DNA from: Kineococcus radiotolerans SRS30216 = ATCC BAA-149
Lineage (GTDB): Bacteria > Actinomycetota > Actinomycetes > Actinomycetales > Kineococcaceae
Direction of reading: 5' to 3'
Length of the DNA stretch: 32,000 nt
Assembly (NCBI RefSeq): GCF_000017305.1
Contig: NC_009664.2
Coordinates: 2,610,001-2,642,000 of the forward strand
The position numbers were made by a program, and so were the translations under genes. Positions 8,409 through 16,577 of the stretch are shown piece by piece (positions within the stretch are counted from its first letter, which is position 1; every line of letters starts with the position of its first letter). Under the pieces are notes generated by a model. That model was not told the origin of the DNA. It did no database searches and saw only the letters and a list, made by a program, of their open reading frames with translations.

Positions 8409-9920
8409 TCAGCGCTGGGTGGGGAGCTGCGCGGGGACCGCGGCGGGTTCGGGCAGCAGGGAGCCGGAGGGGTGGACCCGCTCGGCCAGCAGGTAGGCCC
8501 CGCCGCCGATGACGGTGCCCACCAGCCAGGAGTACGCGGCGAGGGCGGAGAGGGCCGGCAGGAACGCGACGAGCAGGGTGATGGTGCCGGCGACGAGGAG
8601 GGCGGCGATCGCGTTGGGGTTCGTGCCGCGCCGGTACCAGTACCGGCCGGTGGGGGAGTCGGAGTACAGGTCGTCGACGTCGATCCGGCCGCGGCGCAGC
8701 AGGTAGTAGTCGGCGACGACGATGCCGAACACCGGGCCGATGAGGGCGCCGACGCCGCCGATGAAGTAGTTCACCATGACGGGGCTGGAGTACAGCCGCC
8801 ACGGCATGACGACGAGGGCGACGACGGCGGTGATGACCCCGCCGGTGCGGAAGCTGATGCGGGAGGGGGCGACGTTGGCGAAGTCGTAGGCCGGGGAGAC
8901 GAAGTTCAGGATGATGTTGATGCCGACGGCCGAGCCCGCGATGGACACGGTCGCCAGGAGCAGCAGCGTGACGCTGTCGATGTCCTGGACGAGCTCGACG
9001 GGGTCGGTGACCGCCTGCCCGTGCACCTCGGCCGAGGCCAGCGCGATGACGACGGACACCAGCACGAACGCGGTGCCGTTGACGAGCAGGCCGAGGCCGT
9101 TGCCGCGGCGGATGGAGCGGGCGTCGGGGGAGTTGCGGGAGAAGTCGGCGAAGTTCAGCATCGGCCCGGCGAGGAACGCGACGGTGAGGAACGCGCCCGA
9201 GACGATCGCGCTGACGGTGCCGGCGGTGTCGAGGGCGGGGCCCTCCCGGTAGTTCCAGTCCACGCTCCAGCCGGCGCGGGCGAGGACCCACACGGCGAGG
9301 GCGGCGATGGCGATCCACAGGACGGGGCCGGCGACGTCGGACAGCTTCCGCACCGCTTCCATGCCCCGGTGGAGGACCGCGAGCTGCAGGGTCCACAGGA
9401 CGAGGAAGCAGATCCAGCCCAGCGCGGACATGCCGAGGAACTGCGGCGCGGTCAGGGACTGCGACGCGGGCCAGACCTTGAGGGTCATCGTCATGACGGC
9501 CAGGCTGGCGAGGTAGGTCTGGATGCCGTACCAGGCGACGCCCACGACGGCGCGCAGCAGGGCGGGCACGTTGGCCCCGAAGACCCCGAAGCTGAGCCGG
9601 GCGAAGACGGGGAAGGGGACCCCGGCGCGCTGCCCGGCGACGCCGGTGAGGTTGCACCCCCACAGCAGGACGGCGATGCCGAGGACGAGGGCCACGACGA
9701 CCTGCCAGCCGGTGAGGCCGAGCACGAGCAGGCCGATGGCGAAGGTGTAGCTGCCGAGGCTGTGCCAGGCGGACATCCACCAGCAGAAGAGGTCCCAGGT
9801 GCGCCAGGGGGCCGCGTCGCGGCGGGGTGCGAGGTCCTCGTTGTGCAGGCGCGGGCTGGGCGCGCCGCGCAGCTCGGGCGCGGGGGGACGGGTGGGCGGG
9901 GCGGATTCCGGTGCGCTCAT
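8409..9920 (-). CDS. NCS1 family nucleobase:cation symporter (cytosine/uracil/hydantoin/allantoin-type permease)
   Basis: In frame with ORF 8409..10028. I place the start at ATG 9920, preceded by GAGGAG (MSAPESAPP...). It is a polytopic membrane protein with the NCS1-like N-terminal stretch WDLFCWWMSAWHSLGSYTFAIGL and 12 hydrophobic segments. Confidence 0.88.
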   Translation of the reverse strand: MSAPESAPPTRPPAPELRGAPSPRLHNEDLAPRRDAAPWRTWDLFCWWMSAWHSLGSYTFAIGLLVLGLTGWQVVVALVLGIAVLLWGCNLTGVAGQRAGVPFPVFARLSFGVFGANVPALLRAVVGVAWYGIQTYLASLAVMTMTLKVWPASQSLTAPQFLGMSALGWICFLVLWTLQLAVLHRGMEAVRKLSDVAGPVLWIAIAALAVWVLARAGWSVDWNYREGPALDTAGTVSAIVSGAFLTVAFLAGPMLNFADFSRNSPDARSIRRGNGLGLLVNGTAFVLVSVVIALASAEVHGQAVTDPVELVQDIDSVTLLLLATVSIAGSAVGINIILNFVSPAYDFANVAPSRISFRTGGVITAVVALVVMPWRLYSSPVMVNYFIGGVGALIGPVFGIVVADYYLLRRGRIDVDDLYSDSPTGRYWYRRGTNPNAIAALLVAGTITLLVAFLPALSALAAYSWLVGTVIGGGAYLLAERVHPSGSLLPEPAAVPAQLPTQR

Positions 9921-10031
9921 GGGTCTCCTCGGTCTCGTCCACGACGGGCACGGGTGCCGGTGGGTGGAGCAGGAAGTGGGCCCAGTCTGGGGACGGGGAA
10001 ACCCGCTGTCCAACAAGGATTTCCGCACACA

Positions 10032-10050
10032 GCATCGACTCAGTCGATGC
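10032..10050. promoter_or_regulatory. Perfect 9-1-9 palindrome GCATCGACT-c-AGTCGATGC containing an ATC-N9-GAT (LysR-box-like) core; candidate operator upstream of the permease operon
   Basis: Read directly from the sequence. It lies in the only clearly lower-GC stretch of this region (about 9960-10082), between the LysR stop (10083) and the permease start (9920). Two TGAAAC repeats flank it 11 nt apart (10059-10064 and 10070-10075). Confidence 0.5.
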
Positions 10051-10082
10051 GAAGCGGGTGAAACATCGCTGAAACGTGTCCG

Positions 10083-11003
10083 TTACACGCGGGGGCCCGG
10101 ACCGGGCAGGGCGGCGCGGCACACCTCGGCGAACGCCGCCGCCCGCCGCGTCGGCCGGCTGCCCCCGGCCCGCGCCAGCAGCACCTGCACCGGGGGCAGG
10201 TCCTCGGCGATGTCGAGGGCCACCACCCGCCCGCCGGTGTGCGTCGCCCCGTGCGGCAGCCGCCGGTTGAGCACCGCGTACCCCTCCAGCGCCACGAACG
10301 AGCGGACCGTCTCGTACCCGCTGAAGCGGTGCCGCACCCGGGGGACCACCCCCACCGCGTCGAACAGCCCCAGCAGGTACTCGCGGGTGTGCGGCAGGTC
10401 CAGCAGCACCAGCGGCTCCTCGGCCAGCTCCCCCAGGCTCACCGGCCCCGGGGCCCGCGCCGCCAGCCGGTGCCCCGCCCCGACGAGGACGTGCGGGGGC
10501 AGCTCCTCCAGGACCTCCGTCCGCAGACCGGCGTCCAGGCCCATCCCGTAGAGCAGCGCCACCTCGCACCCGCCCGACAGCAGCGCCTGCCGCACGAACT
10601 CCTGGTTCCCCTCCAGGACCGTCAGCTCCACCTGCGGGTGCCGGCGGCTGAACTCCGCCACGATCCCCGGCAGCCGCAGCGACGCGACCGGTTCGTAGAC
10701 CCCCACGGCCAGCCGCCCCGCCGGCGCCTCGTCGTCCAGGCGCACCGACGCCGGGAGCTGGTCCGCGGCCTCCAGCAGCGGCAGGCACTCGCGCAGCAGC
10801 CGCAGACCGCTCTCGGTCAGGCGCACCCCGCGGCGGGGCACCCGCTGGAACAGCGCCGCCCCCATCGCCGTCTCGAGGTGGGCGATCGAGGAGGACAGCG
10901 CCGACTGCGAGACGTTGAGCCCCGCGGCGGCGACGGTCATGCTCTGCTCCTGCGCCACGGCGCAGAAGTGGCGCAGCTGGGTGAGGGTGAAGTCCCTGGG
11001 CAC
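10083..11003 (-). CDS. LysR-family transcriptional regulator
   Basis: ORF track 306 aa with a GTG start. The N-terminal wHTH is [50 protein letters not shown], followed by an LTTR substrate-binding domain. Confidence 0.9.
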   Translation of the reverse strand: MPRDFTLTQLRHFCAVAQEQSMTVAAAGLNVSQSALSSSIAHLETAMGAALFQRVPRRGVRLTESGLRLLRECLPLLEAADQLPASVRLDDEAPAGRLAVGVYEPVASLRLPGIVAEFSRRHPQVELTVLEGNQEFVRQALLSGGCEVALLYGMGLDAGLRTEVLEELPPHVLVGAGHRLAARAPGPVSLGELAEEPLVLLDLPHTREYLLGLFDAVGVVPRVRHRFSGYETVRSFVALEGYAVLNRRLPHGATHTGGRVVALDIAEDLPPVQVLLARAGGSRPTRRAAAFAEVCRAALPGPGPRV

Positions 11004-11015
11004 CGGCGGGACGGG

Positions 11016-11708
11016 TCAGGCGTCGAGGAGACCCGCGTCGTGCGCCACGATCGCGACCTGCACCCGGTTGTGCGCCTGCAGCTTCGTGAGCAGCCGCGAC
11101 ACGTGCGTCTTCACCGTCGCCTCGCTCATGAACAGCTCCTTGCCGACCTCGGCGTTGGACATCCCGCGCCCCACGCAGGCCAGGACCTCGCGCTCGCGCT
11201 CGGTCAGCGTCGTCAGGCGCTCCGCCGCCTCCCGCCGGCGCGGGTTCACCGCGTCGGCGGCGTAGTGGCCCACCAGCCGCCGGGTCACGGTGGGGGAGAG
11301 CATCGCCTCGCCGGCCGCGACGATCCGCACCGCGGCCACGAGCTCCCGCGGCGGGGTGTCCTTGAGCAGGAACCCCGTCGCCCCGGCCTGCAGGGCCTGG
11401 AAGACGTACTCGTCGAGGTCGAACGTCGTGAGCATCACCACGCTCGGCGCCTGCGGGCGCTCGGTGATCGCCTTGGCCGCGGTCAGCCCGTCCATCACCG
11501 GCATCCGCACGTCCATGAGCACCACGTCCGGGCGGTGCGCCGCGACGCCCTCCACGGCCTGGGCCCCGTTCTCCGCCTCGCCCACGACCTCGATGTCGTC
11601 GGCGCTGGAGAGGATCATCCGCAGCCCCGCCCGCACCAGGGCGTCGTCGTCGACCAGCAGGACCCGGGTGGGCCTGCCGTCCTGCTGCGACCCGTCGGGT
11701 CCGCTCAC
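11016..11708 (-). CDS. NarL/FixJ (LuxR C-terminal HTH) family response regulator
   Basis: ORF track 230 aa. GTG 11708 is preceded by GAGGAG. The receiver domain reads [15 protein letters not shown]...[15 protein letters not shown]. The C-terminal LuxR HTH reads [43 protein letters not shown]. Confidence 0.93.
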   Translation of the reverse strand: MSGPDGSQQDGRPTRVLLVDDDALVRAGLRMILSSADDIEVVGEAENGAQAVEGVAAHRPDVVLMDVRMPVMDGLTAAKAITERPQAPSVVMLTTFDLDEYVFQALQAGATGFLLKDTPPRELVAAVRIVAAGEAMLSPTVTRRLVGHYAADAVNPRRREAAERLTTLTEREREVLACVGRGMSNAEVGKELFMSEATVKTHVSRLLTKLQAHNRVQVAIVAHDAGLLDA

Positions 11709-11726
11709 CGGGTTCTCCTCATCCGT

Positions 11727-13136
11727 TCACGAGTCCTCGCCCCGCCCTGTCCCGGCCGGGGTGCGCACGATCCTCGCATCCGGCGGCGTCCACGCGCCCG
11801 ACCCGCCGCCGCGCGGGCGCCCGTCGCGCCCGGGCCACGGCAGCCGCGCCCGCACCGCGAAGCCCCCGCCCGGCTCCGGGCCCGAGGTGATCGTCCCGTC
11901 GGCCAGCCCGACCCGCTCCGACAGCCCCACCAGCCCCGACCCCGCCCCGGGCAGCCCCGTGGCCCGCCCGCTCGGGCGCGCGTTGACGACCTGCACCAGC
12001 ATCTCGCGGCCCACCTCCCCCGAGACCGTGACCACGGTCTGCGCCGACGGGGCGTGCTTGTGGACGTTGGTCAGGGCCTCCTGCACGACCCGGTAGACCG
12101 TGCGCCCCAGCTCCGCCGGCACGTCGGCGTGCACGGGCACGTCGGTGCGGAACTCCGCGGACACCCCCGCCTCCCGGGTGGACTCCACCAGCTGCCGGAC
12201 GTCCACCAGCGTCGGCTGGGGCGCCAGCTCCGCCGCCGTCGTCGCCGCCGACCCCGTGCCCGGCGCGCGCAGGACCCCCAGGACCCGGCGCAGGTCCTCC
12301 AGGGCGGAGCGGGCGGTCTCGCGGATCGTCGCCGCCGTCGCCTCGACCTGCTCCGGGCCCACGTCGGGACGCACCTCCAGCCCGCCCGCGTGCAGGGCGA
12401 CCAGCGAGATCCGGTGCGCCAGCACGTCGTGCATCTCCCGCGCGATCCGGGTGCGCTCGGCCAGGCGGGCCTGCTCGGCGCGCAGCACCTGCTCGTGCTC
12501 GGCGCGCTCGGCGCGCTCGCGCAGCGAGCGGACCAGCTCCCGGCGGGCCCCCACGAAGGCCCCGACGAAGACGCACAGCGACACCGCGATGAGCGACCAC
12601 GTCAGCGACAGCGACCAGCTGTCGGTCGTGGTCCGCAGGCTCGCCGACGTCGTCGCCACCACGGCCACCACCGACGTCAGCACCAGCAGCCGGTCCCGGC
12701 GCCGGACGGCCAGGGTCAGCAGGGCCGGGAACACCGCCCCGTCGAAGGCCAGCAGGAACGCGGCCGCGAGGGCGACCAGGCACAGCAGCACCGGGTGGCT
12801 GCGGCGCCACCACAGCGCCAGGCACGTCACCACCACGACCACCGCCGCGCCCACCTGCACCGGGGTGGCCGTCGACCACGCGACGCCCTCCGCCGGGAAC
12901 GGGGGACCCCCGCCCGCGGAGGGCCCCGGACCGGACACGACGGTGGCGAACCAGGCGACCGCGACGAACAGCGAGGCGAGGACGGCGAGCACGTCCCGCA
13001 CCCGGGGCGCCAGCCGCCAGCGGGCGACCCACGGGTCGGCGGGGGCGGCGAGCGCGTTCACCGGCCCAGCGTAGGCAGGCGGTCCCGCGCTCCACGTCCA
13101 CCGATCGTCCCTCCCCCCCTCCCGCCTGGGTCGCAC
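11727..13136 (-). CDS. Sensor histidine kinase (HisKA_3 / NarL-partner type) with a multi-TM N-terminus and no obvious extracytoplasmic domain
   Basis: ORF track 469 aa. H-box [21 protein letters not shown]-box [12 protein letters not shown] and G-boxes [11 protein letters not shown] are all present. About five hydrophobic helices sit at the N-terminus. The start is uncertain: GTG 13136 (longest) or GTG 13061, neither with a clear SD. The overlapping ORF 11719..13149 is an off-frame shadow. Confidence 0.85.
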   Translation of the reverse strand: MRPRREGGRDDRWTWSAGPPAYAGPVNALAAPADPWVARWRLAPRVRDVLAVLASLFVAVAWFATVVSGPGPSAGGGPPFPAEGVAWSTATPVQVGAAVVVVVTCLALWWRRSHPVLLCLVALAAAFLLAFDGAVFPALLTLAVRRRDRLLVLTSVVAVVATTSASLRTTTDSWSLSLTWSLIAVSLCVFVGAFVGARRELVRSLRERAERAEHEQVLRAEQARLAERTRIAREMHDVLAHRISLVALHAGGLEVRPDVGPEQVEATAATIRETARSALEDLRRVLGVLRAPGTGSAATTAAELAPQPTLVDVRQLVESTREAGVSAEFRTDVPVHADVPAELGRTVYRVVQEALTNVHKHAPSAQTVVTVSGEVGREMLVQVVNARPSGRATGLPGAGSGLVGLSERVGLADGTITSGPEPGGGFAVRARLPWPGRDGRPRGGGSGAWTPPDARIVRTPAGTGRGEDS

Positions 13137-13187
13137 CCCGCCGGCTCAAGCCCCGGGCGGTGCCCGCCGATGGGAGGACGTGCTCGC

Positions 13188-14765
13188 GTGAGCCACCCGA
13201 CCGAGGGGATGACGGTGTTCGGACGCAACAGGGACTCGGCCACGAGGGCCGGAGCAGGGGCCGCCGGTCCGATGCCGCGCGACGTCGAGGCGCTGGAAGC
13301 GGTCCTCGCCGCCCTCGACGAGGAGGGCATCGCGACCGAGCGCGACGCGCAGCTCGCGTGCGTGCGCGCCCTCGTGCAGGCCCTGGACCTCTGCTACGGC
13401 GCGGTCTGGCTGCCCGGACCGGACGGCAGGTTCCGCATCGCCGCCGAGGTCGGGACCATGGTCCCCGCGCTCGCCGGCGCGCGCGGTCTGGCCGTCGGTC
13501 CCGGCGACGGCTGCGGCGGGCGGGCGCTCGCCTCCCGCGAGGCCGTGCGGTGCCTGGGGTCCCAGGACGCGGCGGACTGCGCCCGCTGGCGCGCCGCCCG
13601 CGACGCCGGGGCCGGTGGCGGCGCGCAGGTGCCCGTCGTCGAGGACGGGCGGGTCGTGGCCCTCCAGGAGTACTACGCGCACGACGACCTGCCGTTCTTC
13701 GGCGGCCGGGCCGAGAAGTGGCGCGCCATCGGCCGGGTCGCCGCCCACGCCCGCCGCCGGGTGCTGGAGACCGCGGTCCTGCAGGAGACCCTCAACGACC
13801 GCGTGGCCGTGACGACCGTCGTGACCAGCGTCGGTGCCGCCGCCAGCGCCGAGGACGCGCTGCGCCGCGCCCTGGAGACGGTGCGCGAGGCGTTCGGCTG
13901 GGCCTACGGCTCCTACTGGGCGCTGGACCCGGCCACGGGCACCCTGCGGTTCCAGCTGGAGTCCGGCTCCGCCGGCGAGGAGTTCCGCCGGGTCACCCTG
14001 GCCGCGAGCTTCGCCGAGGGCGTCGGCCTGTCCGGGCGCGCCTGGCGCGCGCGCGACCTCGTCTACGTCCGCGACCTCGCGGAGGTGACGGACTGCGTGC
14101 GCGCCCCCGCGGCGCAGCGGGCCGGGGTGAAGTCCGGCGTCTGCTTCCCCGTCCTCTCCGAGGGGCGGGTCGTGGGCACCATGGACTTCTTCGCCACCGA
14201 GGTCATGGAGCTGTCGGAGTCCCGCGGGTCGGCCCTGCGCAACGTGCAGCAGCTCGTCTCCCAGCGCCTCGACGTCCTGCGCCGGATCGAGGAGGACGCG
14301 AAGTCCTCCGCGGCCCTGCTGGACACCGTCTCGCGGCTGCGCGACGCGGTCCTGGACGCCGGCCGGGTCGCCGACGCCGCCGTCGGGCAGGCCTCGACGA
14401 TGACCGACGAGGTCGACGCGCTGACCCGGGCCTCGGCCGCGGTCGGCGACGTCATCAAGATCATCTCCACGATCGCCGACCAGACGAACCTGCTGGCCCT
14501 CAACGCCACCATCGAGGCCGCCCGCGCCGGCGACCTCGGCCGCGGGTTCGCCGTCGTGGCCAGCGAGGTCAAGGACCTGGCCCGCGAGACCGCCGACGCC
14601 ACCCAGCGCGTCGCCACCCAGGTCGCCGGGATCCAGGCCTCCAGCGGCGCCGTGTCCAACGGCATCAACGAGACGGCGTCCATCATCCGCGAGCTCGACG
14701 CGGTGCAGGCGCGCATCTCCGAGGTCATCGACGAGCAGGTCGCGATGGCGCAGGAGCGCCGCTGA
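13188..14765 (+). CDS. Soluble methyl-accepting chemotaxis protein with two GAF-like domains and a short MCP signalling hairpin
   Basis: This is the 3-prime third of the artefactual 1508-aa ORF 10239..14765. GTG 13188 is preceded by GGGAGGA (13172-13178). In-frame alternatives are ATG 13170, 13209 and 13272. It has no TM segments. Two GAF-like modules are present (…[20 protein letters not shown]… and …[25 protein letters not shown]…[19 protein letters not shown]). They are followed by [35 protein letters not shown]. Confidence 0.85.
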   Translation: MSHPTEGMTVFGRNRDSATRAGAGAAGPMPRDVEALEAVLAALDEEGIATERDAQLACVRALVQALDLCYGAVWLPGPDGRFRIAAEVGTMVPALAGARGLAVGPGDGCGGRALASREAVRCLGSQDAADCARWRAARDAGAGGGAQVPVVEDGRVVALQEYYAHDDLPFFGGRAEKWRAIGRVAAHARRRVLETAVLQETLNDRVAVTTVVTSVGAAASAEDALRRALETVREAFGWAYGSYWALDPATGTLRFQLESGSAGEEFRRVTLAASFAEGVGLSGRAWRARDLVYVRDLAEVTDCVRAPAAQRAGVKSGVCFPVLSEGRVVGTMDFFATEVMELSESRGSALRNVQQLVSQRLDVLRRIEEDAKSSAALLDTVSRLRDAVLDAGRVADAAVGQASTMTDEVDALTRASAAVGDVIKIISTIADQTNLLALNATIEAARAGDLGRGFAVVASEVKDLARETADATQRVATQVAGIQASSGAVSNGINETASIIRELDAVQARISEVIDEQVAMAQERR

Positions 14766-14783
14766 CCCCTCCAGCCCCGCCGT

Positions 14784-14812
14784 GCCGTCGTCCGCCCGGA
14801 GCGGACGGCGGC
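14784..14812 (+). terminator. Hairpin terminator downstream of the GAF-MCP gene
   Basis: GCCGTCGTCCGC / ccgga / GCGGACGGCGGC forms a 12-bp stem (one G-U pair) with a 5-nt loop. It starts 19 nt after the stop codon at 14765. Confidence 0.5.
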
Positions 14813-14867
14813 GCGGCGGCCCCACCCCGGGGGTAGCTTGCGGAGGAACCGACCGCTGGAGGTTCCC

Positions 14868-15227
14868 GTGCCGAAGCCGACCCTCGTCCCGCCCCGCCGG
14901 GTGCGCCGGCGCCCGGACCCCCTGCTGCGCGACGCCCTCGGGGCGGTCCTGCGCGCCGAGCGGCTGGGGCAGCACCGCACCCTGGCCGACGTCGCGGCCG
15001 GGGCCCGGGTCTCGCTGCCGCACCTGTCGGAGGTCGAGCGCGGGCGCAAGGAACCCTCCTCGGAGGTGCTCGCCGCGATCTGCGCCTCCTTGGACCTGCC
15101 GCTGGCGGACCTGCTGCGCCGCTGCGGCACCCACGTCGAGGACGTGACCAGCGCGACGGCGCTCGCGCCCGCGGCGACCGGCCGCGCCGGGTCGGCCCCC
15201 ACCGCCTCCCTCTCCCTCGCGGCCTGA
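14868..15227 (+). CDS. XRE-type HTH regulator of the ClgR/PopR (Clp gene regulator) family
   Basis: In frame with ORF 14838..15227. GTG 14868 is preceded by GGAGG at a 5-nt spacing (TTG 14838 is the alternative). LLRDALGAVLRAERLGQHRTLADVAAGARVSLPHLSEVERGRKEPSSEVLAAICASLDLPLADLL closely matches the ClgR/PopR HTH as I remember it. The protein ends ...LSLAA. Confidence 0.85.
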   Translation: MPKPTLVPPRRVRRRPDPLLRDALGAVLRAERLGQHRTLADVAAGARVSLPHLSEVERGRKEPSSEVLAAICASLDLPLADLLRRCGTHVEDVTSATALAPAATGRAGSAPTASLSLAA

Positions 15228-15248
15228 CCGCCGCGGGGCCCGGTCAGG
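15223..15248. terminator. Inverted repeat CCTGACCG-N10-CGGTCAGG embedding both convergent stop codons (HTH gene and clpP)
   Basis: Read directly: an 8-bp stem with a 10-nt loop. The TGA at 15225-15227 and the TCA (TGA on the minus strand) at 15244-15246 both lie inside the two arms. Confidence 0.35.
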
Positions 15249-15843
15249 GCAGGAGCGCGGCCGGGGTGACGACCCGGTCGGCGACGCCGTAGGCGACCGC
15301 TTCCGCGCCGGGCAGGACGAGGTCGCGGTCGAGGTCGGCGCGCAGCCGCTCCACGGGGTGACCGGTGTGCCGGGCGAGGACCCGCTCGATCTCGGAGCGG
15401 ATCCGCAGCACCTCCCGCGCCTGGATCTGCAGGTCCGCGGCGGTGCCCTGCGCCCCGCCGGAGGGCTGGTGCAGCAGCACCCGGGAGTGCTCCAGCACCG
15501 AGCGCTTCCCCGGGGCGCCGGCCGCGAGCAGCACCGCGGCGGCGGAGGCGGCCTGCCCGACGCAGAACGTCGCGACGTCCGGCTGCACGAACTGCATCGT
15601 GTCGTAGATCGCCATCAGCGCCGTCGCGGAACCCCCGGGGGAGTTCACGTACAGGCTGATCTCCGCGGTGGACGACTCCGAGGCGAGGTGCACGAGCTGG
15701 GCGATGACGACGTTCGCGACGCCGTCGTCGATCTCGCCGTGCAGGAAGACGATGCGGTCCGAGAGCAGCCGGCTGAACACGTCGGAGGTGCGCTCGCCGC
15801 GCGCGGTGGTCTCCACGACGTGGGGGATCGGGTACGACATCAC
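15244..15843 (-). CDS. clpP: ATP-dependent Clp protease proteolytic subunit, ClpP2-like
   Basis: ORF track 199 aa. The start is GTG 15843 or ATG 15840, overlapping the upstream stop (GTGATG). The Ser-His-Asp triad context is present: [20 protein letters not shown] and DLDRD. The sequence also contains [21 protein letters not shown]. Confidence 0.93.
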   Translation of the reverse strand: MMSYPIPHVVETTARGERTSDVFSRLLSDRIVFLHGEIDDGVANVVIAQLVHLASESSTAEISLYVNSPGGSATALMAIYDTMQFVQPDVATFCVGQAASAAAVLLAAGAPGKRSVLEHSRVLLHQPSGGAQGTAADLQIQAREVLRIRSEIERVLARHTGHPVERLRADLDRDLVLPGAEAVAYGVADRVVTPAALLP

Positions 15844-16457
15844 AGGCCCACCTTCCGCGCGTCACGAGTGGCGCTGCCGAGCCGGACGTCGCTGACGCCG
15901 GTGACGACGTGGTCGACCACGCCGTAGGCGAGGGCCTCCTCGGCGGTGAACCACCGGTCGCGCTGGGAGTCGAGCTCGACCGTCTCGACGTCCTGCCCGG
16001 TGTGCTCGGCGATGAGGCGCTGCATCGTGGCCTTGGTGTGGGCGAGGTTCTCGGCCTGGATGGCGATGTCGGCCGCGGTCCCCCCGATCCCGCCGGAGGG
16101 CTGGTGCATCATCACCCGGGCGTGCGGCAGGGCGTAGCGCTTGCCGGCCGTCCCCGCGCACAGCAGGAACTGCCCCATGCTGGCGGCCATCCCCATGACC
16201 AGCGTGGAGACGTCGTTGGGGATCAGGCGCATCGTGTCGTAGATCGCGAGCCCGGCGCTGATGGAACCGCCGGGGGAGTTCACGTAGAGCGCGATGTCGC
16301 TGCGGGGGTCGTCGGCCGACAGCAGCAGCAGCTGCGCGCAGATCCGGTTCGCGACCGCGTCGTCGACCTCCTGGCCGAGGACGACGATCCGCTGGAACAG
16401 CAGGCGCTGGGAGAGCTGGTCGTCGAACGGGCCGGTCGTGGTGGTGGGGGTGCTCAT
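15840..16457 (-). CDS. clpP: ATP-dependent Clp protease proteolytic subunit, ClpP1-like
   Basis: In frame with the 420-aa ORF 15840..17102. The real start is ATG 16457, preceded by GAGGAGG ([13 protein letters not shown]...). Signatures are [32 protein letters not shown] (Ser), MMHQPSGG (His) and SQRDRWFTA (Asp). It is very similar to mycobacterial ClpP1 as I recall it. Confidence 0.93.
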   Translation of the reverse strand: MSTPTTTTGPFDDQLSQRLLFQRIVVLGQEVDDAVANRICAQLLLLSADDPRSDIALYVNSPGGSISAGLAIYDTMRLIPNDVSTLVMGMAASMGQFLLCAGTAGKRYALPHARVMMHQPSGGIGGTAADIAIQAENLAHTKATMQRLIAEHTGQDVETVELDSQRDRWFTAEEALAYGVVDHVVTGVSDVRLGSATRDARKVGL

Positions 16458-16577
16458 CGGGTCCTCCTCGTCGGGCGGGTCCCCTCCACCGTCGGTCCCG
16501 CCGGGGACGGCGGGAAGGGGTTTCTCCCCTGAGGAGATCCACCACGGGCGAACACCGCGCACCCGCGCGACCCCGCA

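Noticed and set aside
10040-10066. An 8-codon upstream ORF on the minus strand, ATG TTT CAC CCG CTT CGC ATC GAC TGA (MFHPLRID), whose stop sits at the centre of the 19-bp palindrome
   Set aside because: It has no SD, is very short, and is easily produced by chance in the only AT-richer stretch. I have no evidence it is a leader peptide.
8322-10788. ORFs 8322..10061(+), 579 aa, and 8386..10788(-), 800 aa
   Set aside because: Gly/Asp/Arg- or Arg/Pro-rich junk overlapping the NCS1 permease and LysR frames. No motifs and no plausible SD.
13147-13171. A sigma-28/WhiG-like -10 fragment GCCGAT (13166-13171) upstream of the GAF-MCP gene
   Set aside because: Only 6 of the 8 consensus positions (GCCGATAA) match. 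The -35 position reads CAAG rather than TAAA. The element would also leave no room for the SD at 13172-13178.
10239-13187. The first ~980 codons of the 1508-aa ORF 10239..14765(+)
   Set aside because: Only the last ~525 codons (from about 13188) look like a protein (GAF-MCP). The upstream part is Arg/Pro/His-rich and lies antisense to the LysR, response-regulator and kinase genes, all of which have clear family signatures.
16540-16571. A possible ClgR operator upstream of clpP: the minus strand reads GTTCGC-ccgtg-GTG, plus the GCGAAC/GCGCAC/GCGCGAC series
   Set aside because: The ClgR core as I recall it is CGC-N5-GCG (GTTCGC-N5-GCG in Streptomyces), and the best candidate has GTG instead of GCG. 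CGC/GCG triplets are so frequent in this DNA that a near-match is not evidence.
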